Positions 8,417 to 16,893 of a stretch of 64,000 nt of DNA are shown here, piece by piece. Numbering within the stretch: the stretch's first letter is position 1; the number at the start of each line of letters is the position of its first letter. Origin of the DNA: an uncultured Candidatus Saccharibacteria bacterium (lineage in GTDB: Bacteria; Patescibacteriota; Doudnabacteria; UBA920); NCBI GenBank assembly GCA_964561365.1, contig CAZLPF010000001.1:14581-78580 (forward strand), given 5' to 3'. The position numbers were made by a program, and so were the translations under genes. Under the pieces are notes generated by a model. That model did not search any database and was not told the DNA's origin. It saw only the letters and a list, made by a program, of their open reading frames with translations.

Positions 8417-9814
8417 ATGCCGCCGGAATTTACGAACTCAACCGTTGCCCGCGTCCCGCCCCAGAACTCCGAGGCGGAAATGTCGGTTTTGGGCTGCCTG
8501 CTGCTGGACCGCGACGCCATTGTCAAAGTCGGCGACAAGCTCAAGCCTGACGATTTTTACGACCACCGGCACAAGCTCGTCTACGAGCGCATCCAGAGCC
8601 TGTTCACCCGGAACGTCTCGGTCGACATCCTGACCCTGACGAACGACCTGACCGAGCAGAAGCAGCTCGAGCAGGTCGGCGGCGCGAGCTACCTGACCCA
8701 GCTCGTCAACGCCGTGCCGTCGGCGGCCAACGTCGTCCACTACGCGACCATCGTGCGGCGCAAGGGTGCGCTGCGGCGCCTCATCTCCACGGCCGGCGAA
8801 ATACAGACCCTGGCCTACGACGAGCGCGGCGAGGTTGAAGACATTTTGGACCAGGCCGAGCAGCGCCTGTTCGCCGTTTCGCAGGCCAACATCCGGCAGA
8901 ACTTCACCTCCATAAACACGCTGCTCCAGCAGACCTTCGAGCGCATTGACGAGCTCCACAAAGAGAAGGGCAAGCTCCGGGGCCTGGCGACCGGCTACAT
9001 GGATTTGGACCGCCTGCTCGGCGGGCTGCAGAAGTCAGACCTCGTCATCCTCGCGGCGCGGCCGTCTATGGGTAAGACCTCGCTCGCGCTCGACATCATG
9101 CGGCACGTCGGCGTGGACCTGAAGGTGCCCGTCGGCATCTTTTCGCTCGAAATGAGCCGCGACCAGCTCGTCGACCGCCTCATTTCTTCCCAGGGCAACA
9201 TTCCGCTCTGGCGCATCCGCACCGGCAACCTCCAGGAAGAGGACTTCGACCAGCTCCAGCAGGCCATGGGCGAGCTCGCCGAGGCGCCCATATACATAGA
9301 CGACACCGCGGGCAGCAACATTATGGAGGTGCGCACGAAAGCGCGGCGCCTGCAGGCCGAGCACGGGCTCGGGCTCGTGGTCGTGGACTACCTCCAGCTC
9401 ATGGAGGGCCGCAACCAGGAGAACCGCGTCCAGGAGGTCAGCGAAATTTCGCGGGCCCTGAAGCTCCTCGCCCGCGAACTCGGCGTGCCGGTGCTCGCCC
9501 TGTCCCAGCTCTCCCGCGGCGTAGAGAACCGCCCGGACAAAGTCCCGCAGCTCGCCGACCTACGCGAGTCGGGATCCATTGAGCAGGACGCGGACGTCGT
9601 TATGTTCATCTACCGCGAGGACATGTACAAAGGCAAAGAGAGTCGCCGGCCGAACATTGCCGAGATCCACATCCGCAAGCACCGCAACGGGCCCACCGGC
9701 CAGGTCGACCTGTTTTTCGACGCCGAGAAGACGAGCTTCAAGAACCTCGACCGGACCTACGACCTGTCCCCCGCCGCCGTGGCCCAAGCCGCCCAGCCAG
9801 CCGACGAAGTCTAA
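8417..9814 (+). CDS. dnaB: replicative DNA helicase DnaB
   Basis: 465 aa; N-terminal DnaB domain; Walker A GARPSMGKTSLALD; RecA-like C-domain; no intein. Confidence 0.9.
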   Translation: MPPEFTNSTVARVPPQNSEAEMSVLGCLLLDRDAIVKVGDKLKPDDFYDHRHKLVYERIQSLFTRNVSVDILTLTNDLTEQKQLEQVGGASYLTQLVNAVPSAANVVHYATIVRRKGALRRLISTAGEIQTLAYDERGEVEDILDQAEQRLFAVSQANIRQNFTSINTLLQQTFERIDELHKEKGKLRGLATGYMDLDRLLGGLQKSDLVILAARPSMGKTSLALDIMRHVGVDLKVPVGIFSLEMSRDQLVDRLISSQGNIPLWRIRTGNLQEEDFDQLQQAMGELAEAPIYIDDTAGSNIMEVRTKARRLQAEHGLGLVVVDYLQLMEGRNQENRVQEVSEISRALKLLARELGVPVLALSQLSRGVENRPDKVPQLADLRESGSIEQDADVVMFIYREDMYKGKESRRPNIAEIHIRKHRNGPTGQVDLFFDAEKTSFKNLDRTYDLSPAAVAQAAQPADEV

Positions 9815-9822
9815 CCGTCCCA

Positions 9823-10428
9823 ATGCTCGAACTGCCCAAGAGCCTCTCGCGGCTCATAAACGAACTGGCGCGCCTGCCCGGTGTGGGCCCGAAGACCGCC
9901 CAACGGCTCGGCTTCTTCCTGCTCAAGCGCGAGCAGGTTGATTTGGAAGGTTTCTCGGAGGCCGTGCGCCAGGTCCGCCAGGGCGTGACCTACTGCTCAC
10001 GGTGCCACGCCATGGCCGAGTCAGACCCCTGCGCTACCTGCACGGACCCGAAGCGGGACCAGCAGCTCGTCTGCGTGGTCGAAGAGCCCCTCGACGCCGT
10101 GGCGCTCGACCGGGCCGGGAGCTTCCCCGGGGTCTTCCACGTGCTCGGCGGGGTACTGAATCCGCTCGAGGGTGTGCGCCCCGAGCACCTGAACATTGAG
10201 AGCCTGCTCGGCCGCATAAAAGATCAGGGCGTGCGCGAGGTAGTGCTCGCCACCAACCCCTCGCTCGAGGGCGAAGCCACGGCCTCGCACATTGCCAAGC
10301 TCATCCGCGAGCGCTACCCGGAGGTCAAGGCCACGCGCATTGCCCGTGGCTTGCCCGTGGGCGGCGACATGGAGTACGCCGACGAGGTCACGCTGCTTCG
10401 GGCCCTCGAGGGCCGGCGCGAGTACTAG
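9823..10428 (+). CDS. recR: recombination protein RecR
   Basis: 201 aa; HhH (LPGVGPKTAQRL), C4 zinc finger (CSRCHAMAESDPCATC), Toprim domain. Confidence 0.9.
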   Translation: MLELPKSLSRLINELARLPGVGPKTAQRLGFFLLKREQVDLEGFSEAVRQVRQGVTYCSRCHAMAESDPCATCTDPKRDQQLVCVVEEPLDAVALDRAGSFPGVFHVLGGVLNPLEGVRPEHLNIESLLGRIKDQGVREVVLATNPSLEGEATASHIAKLIRERYPEVKATRIARGLPVGGDMEYADEVTLLRALEGRREY

Positions 10429-10462
10429 CGGCCTGCCCTGGCCCGTTAACGGAACTAAAACC

Positions 10463-11035
10463 ATGGCCGACGAGTTACGTAAAAACGTTGTGGTCTTTGC
10501 GGGCAGCGAGTGCGCGGGCCCAGGCAAGGAAGGCTACGAGGCCATGGCCTACGAGCTCGGCGGCCTGCTCGGAGCCGCCGGCTGCGCCGTGGTAACCGGC
10601 GCGGGTCCCGGGCTCATGGACGCGTGCTGCCGCGGGGCGCAAAGTACCGGCGGCAAAACCATCGGCATCGGCTTGGACCTCCCCGGCCGCCACCAGTCTC
10701 TGTTCGTTTCCGAGCTCGAGGTTATTTCAAACCTCGGGCCGCGCCAAGAGCACCTCCTCGCCTTGGGCGACGCCTACGTTGCGCTGCCCGGCGGCGTAGG
10801 TACGTTCTACGAGGTGCTGCACGTGCTGGCCTTAAAGCGCGTCGGCGAGCTGCCGGCCGGCAAGCCCCTCGTCTTGATCGGCGAATACTTTAGCCCCCTC
10901 ATAACGCTGCTCGGGCAAAGCATTGCCGAGGGGTTCATGCCCGCGGCTGCAGCCGCGTACTGCCGCGCGGTCGCATCGCCCGCCGAGGCAGCCGGGGCCG
11001 TTGCCGCGGCCTTCGCCGCCAGAGAACATTCATAA
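10463..11035 (+). CDS. LOG family protein (TIGR00730; cytokinin riboside 5'-monophosphate phosphoribohydrolase-like)
   Basis: 190 aa from ATG 10463; GxGxxG-type motif VTGAGPGLMD and PGGVGTFYEV. Confidence 0.7.
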   Translation: MADELRKNVVVFAGSECAGPGKEGYEAMAYELGGLLGAAGCAVVTGAGPGLMDACCRGAQSTGGKTIGIGLDLPGRHQSLFVSELEVISNLGPRQEHLLALGDAYVALPGGVGTFYEVLHVLALKRVGELPAGKPLVLIGEYFSPLITLLGQSIAEGFMPAAAAAYCRAVASPAEAAGAVAAAFAAREHS

Positions 11036-11045
11036 CCCTTTTTGC

Positions 11046-11693
11046 ATGAAGGTCACGAAGTACGGACACTGCTGCTTGCTCGTTGAGACGGGCGGGGTGC
11101 GGCTGCTCACCGACCCAGGCTGCTGGAGCACGCTGCCCGAGCATCTCGGCACAATCGACGCCGTGCTCCTCACCCACGAGCACCAGGACCACCTCCACGT
11201 GCCGAGCCTCTCGCAGGTCCTCGCGAAAAATCCGAAAGCAGTGGTGCTGACTAACAGCGGCGTCGGCGCGCTGCTGCAGAAAGAAGGCATAACCTACAAA
11301 GTTTTAGAGCACGGGCAGTCGAAAGATGTCGGCGGCGTGCTCGTAGAAGCCTTCGGCGTGAAGCACGCCGACATTTACGAAACCGTTCCGGTGGTCCCCA
11401 ACACCGGCTTCTTCATTGACAATCGGCTTTTCTACCCCGGAGACGCGCTTACAGCCCCCGCCCGCCCTCCGGAGATACTGGCGCTGCCGGTCTGCGGGCC
11501 GTGGCTGCTGCTCGCCGACGCCGTCCGCTACGCTCTCGACCTGCAGCCGAAGGTCGTTTTTCCGGTCCACGACGGGATGCTCGCCCACGTCGGAGCTTTT
11601 CACCGCATTCCCGAAGGCGCGCTGACTAGGGACGGCGTCGGTTTTGTGGTGCTCGAACCCGGTAAAACCCACGACTTCGGAGACCGAACGTAG
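11046..11693 (+). CDS. MBL-fold metal-dependent hydrolase
   Basis: 215 aa from ATG 11046; HEHQDH metal-binding motif. Confidence 0.7.
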   Translation: MKVTKYGHCCLLVETGGVRLLTDPGCWSTLPEHLGTIDAVLLTHEHQDHLHVPSLSQVLAKNPKAVVLTNSGVGALLQKEGITYKVLEHGQSKDVGGVLVEAFGVKHADIYETVPVVPNTGFFIDNRLFYPGDALTAPARPPEILALPVCGPWLLLADAVRYALDLQPKVVFPVHDGMLAHVGAFHRIPEGALTRDGVGFVVLEPGKTHDFGDRT

Positions 11694-11706
11694 CATCCCC
11701 TATACC

Positions 11707-11739
11707 GAAAAAACCACCGCCAGCTGGCGGTGGTTTTTA
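11707..11739. terminator. bidirectional rho-independent terminator
   Basis: aaaaaccaccgcc-agct-ggcggtggttttt between convergent MBL and rplU genes. Confidence 0.55.
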
Positions 11740-11748
11740 GAAGGCCTG

Positions 11749-12054
11749 TTAGGCTTTCGTGATTTCGAGTTCGGTGAAGGCTTGTCGGTGGCCCTGGTTG
11801 CGGCGGTACTTGCTCTTCGCCTTGTACTTGAGGACGCGGATCTTGCGGCCGCGGCCCTGGGCGAGGACCTTAGCCTGGACCGCGCCGCCGGCGAGTAGCG
11901 GCGTTCCGAACTGGGCGGTCGTGCCGTCGGTGGTTAGGAGAACCTTGTCGAAGGTCAGCGTGGTGCCGACTTCGGCGTCGAGCTTCTCAACCTGGAGTTT
12001 TTCGCCGACGGAAACGAGGTACTGCTTGCCGCCGGTCGCGAAGATAGAAGGCAT
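11749..12054 (-). CDS. rplU: 50S ribosomal protein L21
   Basis: 101 aa from MPSIFATGGKQYLVSVGEKL; the ORF-track N-terminal extension was dropped. Confidence 0.85.
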   Translation of the reverse strand: MPSIFATGGKQYLVSVGEKLQVEKLDAEVGTTLTFDKVLLTTDGTTAQFGTPLLAGGAVQAKVLAQGRGRKIRVLKYKAKSKYRRNQGHRQAFTELEITKA

Positions 12055-12104
12055 GGGTAGGTGTCTGGTTAGCTGGAGTATGGTACCACGGGCGGCTCTG
12101 CCGG

Positions 12105-13178
12105 TCAAGCCGCGGGCCGGCGGCGCTTGTAGACAATGACGAGGACCATGGCGATTGCCACCATGACGCACAGGAGGGCCACCAGGGCTACGAGCTTGCC
12201 GATTGATTGCAGCACCACGGCGGCGATGCCGAAGGCAGCCGAGATGCCGTAGAGCACGAGGACGGCCTGCCGCTCGGACAGGCCGACGTCTACGAGGCGG
12301 TAGTGCAGGTGGCCGCGGTCGCCGGAAAAGGGGCTCGCGCCGTACCAGAGGCGCCGGACAATGGCCCAGGCGACGTCGAGAATCGGGATGCCCATAACGA
12401 GGAAAGCGGTCGCGACTTTTCCGCCGAGGATGACCGAGAGCGTAGCGAGGGCGAAGCCCGCGAACGTGCTCCCCGACTCGCCGAGGAAAATGCTCGCCGG
12501 TTTCCAGTTGAAGAACAGGAAGCCGGCGAAGCTGCCGGCGAGGATGGCGGCGAGCGCCGCGGTCATGGGCTGGCCGATTTTATCGGTCAGCGAGAGCGCG
12601 GCGAGCGTGAGGGCGGCAATGGCCGAGACCCCGGCGCAGAGGCCGTCGAGCCCGTCTAAAAATTTCGTGGTGTAGGTCATGCCCATGACCCAGAGCCAGG
12701 TAAAGAGCGCCGCGGCCGGAACGCCGAGCACGGCGAACGACAGCGACAGCGGCTCGCCGAAGGGGTTCGAGAGCTGCGTCAGTCCGACGCCGATGCCGGA
12801 GGCCACCACCGCAACGGCGGCGAGGGCGGGCGCGAGAACGGAGAGGTGCGCCGGCAGCTCGTAGCGGTCGTCGAGGTAGCCGCCGAGCACGAGGATCGCG
12901 CCGCCCACGCACAGGCCGAGCAGGAACCGCGGTGGGATGAGCAGCAGGTCGGGGCTCCCGAGCGCGAGGTAGAGGGCGAGGGCGAGCACGAACGCGAGGT
13001 AGACGGCCCAGCCGCCGAGGAGCGGCGTGGGCCGGGCGTGCCGCTTGCGCTCGCCGTGCGGCACGTCTATGGCCCGGAGCCGCGGGGCGAGGCGGCGCAC
13101 CACGGGCGCGAGCAGGAGCGAGAGCAGCGCGGCGGCCGCGCCGAAGGCCACGGGCTCGCGGATGAGGCCGAGCGTCAC
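12105..13178 (-). CDS. glycosyltransferase family 4 (MraY/WecA-type polyprenyl-phosphate hexosamine-1-phosphate transferase)
   Basis: GTG start overlaps the TGA of the upstream GT2 gene (GTGA), preceded in frame by ...PAV; ~357 aa, ~10 TM; motifs FLDGLDGL, GESGSTFAGF, KRHARPTPLLGG. Confidence 0.75.
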   Translation of the reverse strand: MTLGLIREPVAFGAAAALLSLLLAPVVRRLAPRLRAIDVPHGERKRHARPTPLLGGWAVYLAFVLALALYLALGSPDLLLIPPRFLLGLCVGGAILVLGGYLDDRYELPAHLSVLAPALAAVAVVASGIGVGLTQLSNPFGEPLSLSFAVLGVPAAALFTWLWVMGMTYTTKFLDGLDGLCAGVSAIAALTLAALSLTDKIGQPMTAALAAILAGSFAGFLFFNWKPASIFLGESGSTFAGFALATLSVILGGKVATAFLVMGIPILDVAWAIVRRLWYGASPFSGDRGHLHYRLVDVGLSERQAVLVLYGISAAFGIAAVVLQSIGKLVALVALLCVMVAIAMVLVIVYKRRRPAA

Positions 13179-14836
13179 GGCCGGACCCCCGACTGCATTT
13201 CGCGCATGGTCAGGCCCGTGCTCTCGCCCTTCCGGGCTTTCGGCGTAACCCAGAACTCCAGGTAGCGGCCGAGCAGGAGGCGGGTCTGGGCTTCCACGGC
13301 CGGAAGGCTCCCGAAGACGACCGAAGCGATGGGCACGAGGAACCACTGGAGGTACATCATGGCCGAGCGGGTCCAGCGGTACTGCTTCGGCCGCGGCGGC
13401 AGGAGCACGAGGTTGATGTACACCGAAAATATGAGCAAGAGCGTCGCCGTGGTCATGAGGATCTTCGTCGTGTGCGGGAGGTTGAACGCCACGACGCTGC
13501 CCTGGAAGTCGGCGCCGCCGATGAGCAGCGGCATCCAGCCGAGGCACGAGATCATGATGCTCGCGGTGGCCCAATTGAAGTTACCTTCGACGTACTGGAA
13601 GAGCTTGTAGAGCCGGTCGTAGAGCGGCGCGTCGAGCCTGAGCAGCTGCGGCACGAGGTGCGGGTAGTACTCGACGTTGTAGGCCCAGCGGCGCTTCTGC
13701 TTGTACTGGTTCTTCAGGGTCTGCCAGGTCGTTTCGGCGAGGCAGGTGTCGAGGGAGATGGGCACGAACAGCGGAATGACCCGGAAGTCGCCCCCGAACT
13801 TCAGGTAGCACTGCCAGTAGATGAAACCGTCTTCGTTGACGATGTCCTTCTTCCAGAAGCCGACCTCGCGCAGGGTCTTCAGCGGCGTGGAGTGCGACGA
13901 GAAGGTGCGGAGGCGGTCGGGGCGGCTGCTCTCGGTGAACTGCCAGAACGAGTTCGAGACCGAGACGACGCGGATAACGGCCGGCGTGTCCCAGATGTTG
14001 TTGTTGTAGACGGCAATGGGCTGGTAGCTGCAGCGGTACGGTTTTTCTTCGAGCAGGAACTCGTACGAGACGCGGGCGAAGTACTGGGGGTGGACCACGG
14101 TGTCGGAGTCGAAGTTGGAGACAATGACGTCGTCTTCGGCAATGCCGAGGCGTTCGAGCTCGGGCAGCGCCGCCTGGAGCGCGTAGCTCGCGTTGGCGCT
14201 CTTGCCCTTTATTTCTCCCGGCAGGCCGTCGGGGTGCCAGGTTACGAAGAAGCCGCCGAAGCGCGGGGCGTAAGCCTTGCGGACCTGTTCGGCGACGTGC
14301 TTAGCCTGCTCCCCCGCCCGCTCTTCCCCGCCGAGCAGGATGAGCATGCGGTCGTGGGGGTAGCGGGCGCTGTCGAGCGCTTCGAAGGTCGACTCGAGGA
14401 CCTCGAAGCTCTCGTTGCTGAACGGGAGCAGGATGAGGTGGTAGAGGCGGCGGAAGTCTGTGCCGGTTTTGCCGCGGGCGAGCGCTGCGGCCAGCCGTGC
14501 GGACTGCTCGCGGGCGAACCGTTTCGCCACGTAGCCGCGGGCGGCCGCGGCGTCGCCCTCGAAGCGCAACCTGGTGGCGCTGAAGCTGCCGAGCTGCTCG
14601 CAGAGGCCCTGCCAGTCCACCGTGACGTAGTACCGGAAGCGGCGGTAGCTGTAGATGAGGTGGCTCGCGACGTTTACGGCCTTCAGCAGCCAGTAGAGGT
14701 CGAAGCAAATAATGAACAGCGCCGCCCAAACCGGCCGGTAGTACGAGAGCACGACCGAACCGCCGAGGACAATCCAGAGCTGGAGGCCCGGGATGACTTC
14801 CCAGAACCGTTCGGTGAGGCTGCGCTTCCGGAACAT
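13175..14836 (-). CDS. membrane-embedded processive family-2 glycosyltransferase (cellulose/chitin/hyaluronan-synthase-like)
   Basis: 553 aa from MFRKRS (TAATG overlap with the upstream gene); DxD (FDSDT), QxxRW (QKRRW), N- and C-terminal TM bundles. Confidence 0.7.
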   Translation of the reverse strand: MFRKRSLTERFWEVIPGLQLWIVLGGSVVLSYYRPVWAALFIICFDLYWLLKAVNVASHLIYSYRRFRYYVTVDWQGLCEQLGSFSATRLRFEGDAAAARGYVAKRFAREQSARLAAALARGKTGTDFRRLYHLILLPFSNESFEVLESTFEALDSARYPHDRMLILLGGEERAGEQAKHVAEQVRKAYAPRFGGFFVTWHPDGLPGEIKGKSANASYALQAALPELERLGIAEDDVIVSNFDSDTVVHPQYFARVSYEFLLEEKPYRCSYQPIAVYNNNIWDTPAVIRVVSVSNSFWQFTESSRPDRLRTFSSHSTPLKTLREVGFWKKDIVNEDGFIYWQCYLKFGGDFRVIPLFVPISLDTCLAETTWQTLKNQYKQKRRWAYNVEYYPHLVPQLLRLDAPLYDRLYKLFQYVEGNFNWATASIMISCLGWMPLLIGGADFQGSVVAFNLPHTTKILMTTATLLLIFSVYINLVLLPPRPKQYRWTRSAMMYLQWFLVPIASVVFGSLPAVEAQTRLLLGRYLEFWVTPKARKGESTGLTMREMQSGVRP

Positions 14837-15186
14837 TAGTTTACCCGGGCGAGGAAGAGGACGGCGGCCAGGGCGGTTAGCGCCACCCCGACGCTGACCG
14901 TGGCGGTCAGCCAGCCCAAAAAACCGGTCGTGCGGGTCACGCGCACGAACGCGGCGTTGATTGCCACCACGAGCAGCCCGACGGCGGGAATGGTGTAGAG
15001 GCGGTAGCCGCGGCCGTAGAGGTCGACGCCGGCGAGCACGTTGTAGTGGAGCGCGAGCGTCCCGCCGCCGGCCCGAATCTTGTAGCGGATGAGCAGCAGT
15101 GATACAATGTTTACGGTCACCGCGAGCACGTACAGAAACAAAACGCTCCGCAGCAGTTCGGAAATTTTGAGCTTCCAATCGGTCAT
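14836..15186 (-). CDS. small polytopic membrane protein, first gene of the GT2/GT4 operon
   Basis: 116 aa; 3-4 TM segments; 1-nt overlap with the GT2 start. Confidence 0.45.
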   Translation of the reverse strand: MTDWKLKISELLRSVLFLYVLAVTVNIVSLLLIRYKIRAGGGTLALHYNVLAGVDLYGRGYRLYTIPAVGLLVVAINAAFVRVTRTTGFLGWLTATVSVGVALTALAAVLFLARVN

Positions 15187-15257
15187 TTTCCTTTAAATAC
15201 TAGCAAGTTTTGGACTTGCTCGGCAACCGAGAACCAGAAGCCCAGAGCGGCGAGCCC

Positions 15258-16892
15258 ATGAGGCTCCGCTACCTGTTCGCCCTCCTCCTCGTACTCTTGG
15301 TGGGCGCTTTTTTCAGATTCCACCTCCTCCACGAGCTGCCGGGCGGGCTGTTCCCAGACGAGGCCGCCAACGGCCTCGATGTCCTGTCCATGCAGCGCGG
15401 GGACGTGCAGCCGTTCTATGAGCGCGGCAACGGCCGCGAGGCGCTCTTCTTCTACCTCCTCTGGGGCAACGTCGAACTGTTCGGGAAAGGGCCGTGGCAG
15501 CACCACGCGGTTTCGGCCGGCGTCGGGTTGCTCGCCGTTCTCCTCTGCTTCGCGGTTACGCGCAGGCTCCTGGCCACCCCGGACGGGAAGCCGACGAGCC
15601 GCGGAACCTGGGTTGCCCTGCTCGCCGCGTTCCTCATGGCAGTTTCGAGCTGGCACGTTGTTCTCTCGCGGACCGCGTTCCGCGCGAACCTGGTGCCGCT
15701 CCTGGCCGGGCTGGCCATATACCTGTTCCTCCGCGCCCGCCAGGCTGAAACGCCGCGCGCCCGCGCTTGGTTCTCGGTCGCCACGGGCGCGGCGTTCGCC
15801 GGCGGGCTCTACACGTACATTTCGTTCCGCGTCATGTTCCCGCTGCTCGCCCTCGTTTTGTTCCTCGAGCTCCTCGGCGCGTTGCGCAGGAGCGAGCTCG
15901 GCGCAGCGCTGCGGCGCTGGTGGAAACCGTTCCTGTTCGGGTTGCTGTCGTTCGCCATTGTTGTGGCGCCCATTGCGCGCTACTTTTACCAGCACCCCGG
16001 AAGCTTCTCGGGCCGCTCCGGCCAGGTCAGCGTGTTCAGCCCCTCGCTGAACGGCGGCCACCTCGCGGGCACCATCGGCGAAGTCTTCCAGCGCTCAGTG
16101 CTCGCCTACTTCACCGACGGCGACCTGAACTGGCGGCACAACGTTTCCGGCGAACCGTTCCTCCCAAACCTCGCGAGCCCATTCTTCGGCGGCGCGCTGG
16201 TCATCGTCACGCTGCTCGCGGCCTGGTACGTGTTCGCGCCGAACCGGCGCCGCGACTGGGTGCGCTGGGCCCTGCTCGCCGGCTGGTTCTGGTCCATGCT
16301 CCTGCCCGTAGTGGCCACGGCCGAAGGCATCCCGCACGGGCTCCGCTCCATTGGCACCATTCCGGCGGTATTCATGCTCGCCGCGCTCGGGCTCTCTGAA
16401 TCCTACCGGTTCCTCAGCGCATTCATTTCCCGCTCGGGCGCTTCCCGCTTTATTTTACCCGCGGTGGCAGCGGCCTTCCTCTCTGCCGCCGTCTACCAAA
16501 CCTACAATCTGTACTTCGTCGGCGCGGCGAACTCCCCGGAGTACGCCTACGCCTTCCGTTCGGACCTCACGCCGGTGAGCCGGTACCTCACCGCCCGCTG
16601 CCGGAGGGAGGAAACCTACCTCGTGCTCGATAAGTTTTCAGTCCAAACCACCGACTACCTCACCACGGTAGACGCGAGGACAGATCACCCCTGCAACGTC
16701 CCCTACCGCCAGGTCGACCCCGAGAACGTTCAGGACCTGTCGGGCCTCAAGTCCGGGGATGAAATCGTCTTTACCCAGTCGAGCGTCTTCGATATACCCC
16801 GCTTCAAGCAGCGGCACCCCGAAGCCCGCCTCGTGGTTGAAGCCAGAAACCAATTCACGCAGGCGGTTATGGGCGTCTACCGCATTCCCTAG
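15258..16892 (+). CDS. GT-C fold glycosyltransferase, PMT_2/ArnT (GT39/GT83)-like
   Basis: 544 aa from MRLRYLF; N-terminal loop motif FPDEAANGLDV (DE catalytic dyad); >10 TM; C-terminal soluble domain. Confidence 0.7.
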   Translation: MRLRYLFALLLVLLVGAFFRFHLLHELPGGLFPDEAANGLDVLSMQRGDVQPFYERGNGREALFFYLLWGNVELFGKGPWQHHAVSAGVGLLAVLLCFAVTRRLLATPDGKPTSRGTWVALLAAFLMAVSSWHVVLSRTAFRANLVPLLAGLAIYLFLRARQAETPRARAWFSVATGAAFAGGLYTYISFRVMFPLLALVLFLELLGALRRSELGAALRRWWKPFLFGLLSFAIVVAPIARYFYQHPGSFSGRSGQVSVFSPSLNGGHLAGTIGEVFQRSVLAYFTDGDLNWRHNVSGEPFLPNLASPFFGGALVIVTLLAAWYVFAPNRRRDWVRWALLAGWFWSMLLPVVATAEGIPHGLRSIGTIPAVFMLAALGLSESYRFLSAFISRSGASRFILPAVAAAFLSAAVYQTYNLYFVGAANSPEYAYAFRSDLTPVSRYLTARCRREETYLVLDKFSVQTTDYLTTVDARTDHPCNVPYRQVDPENVQDLSGLKSGDEIVFTQSSVFDIPRFKQRHPEARLVVEARNQFTQAVMGVYRIP

Positions 16893-16893
16893 C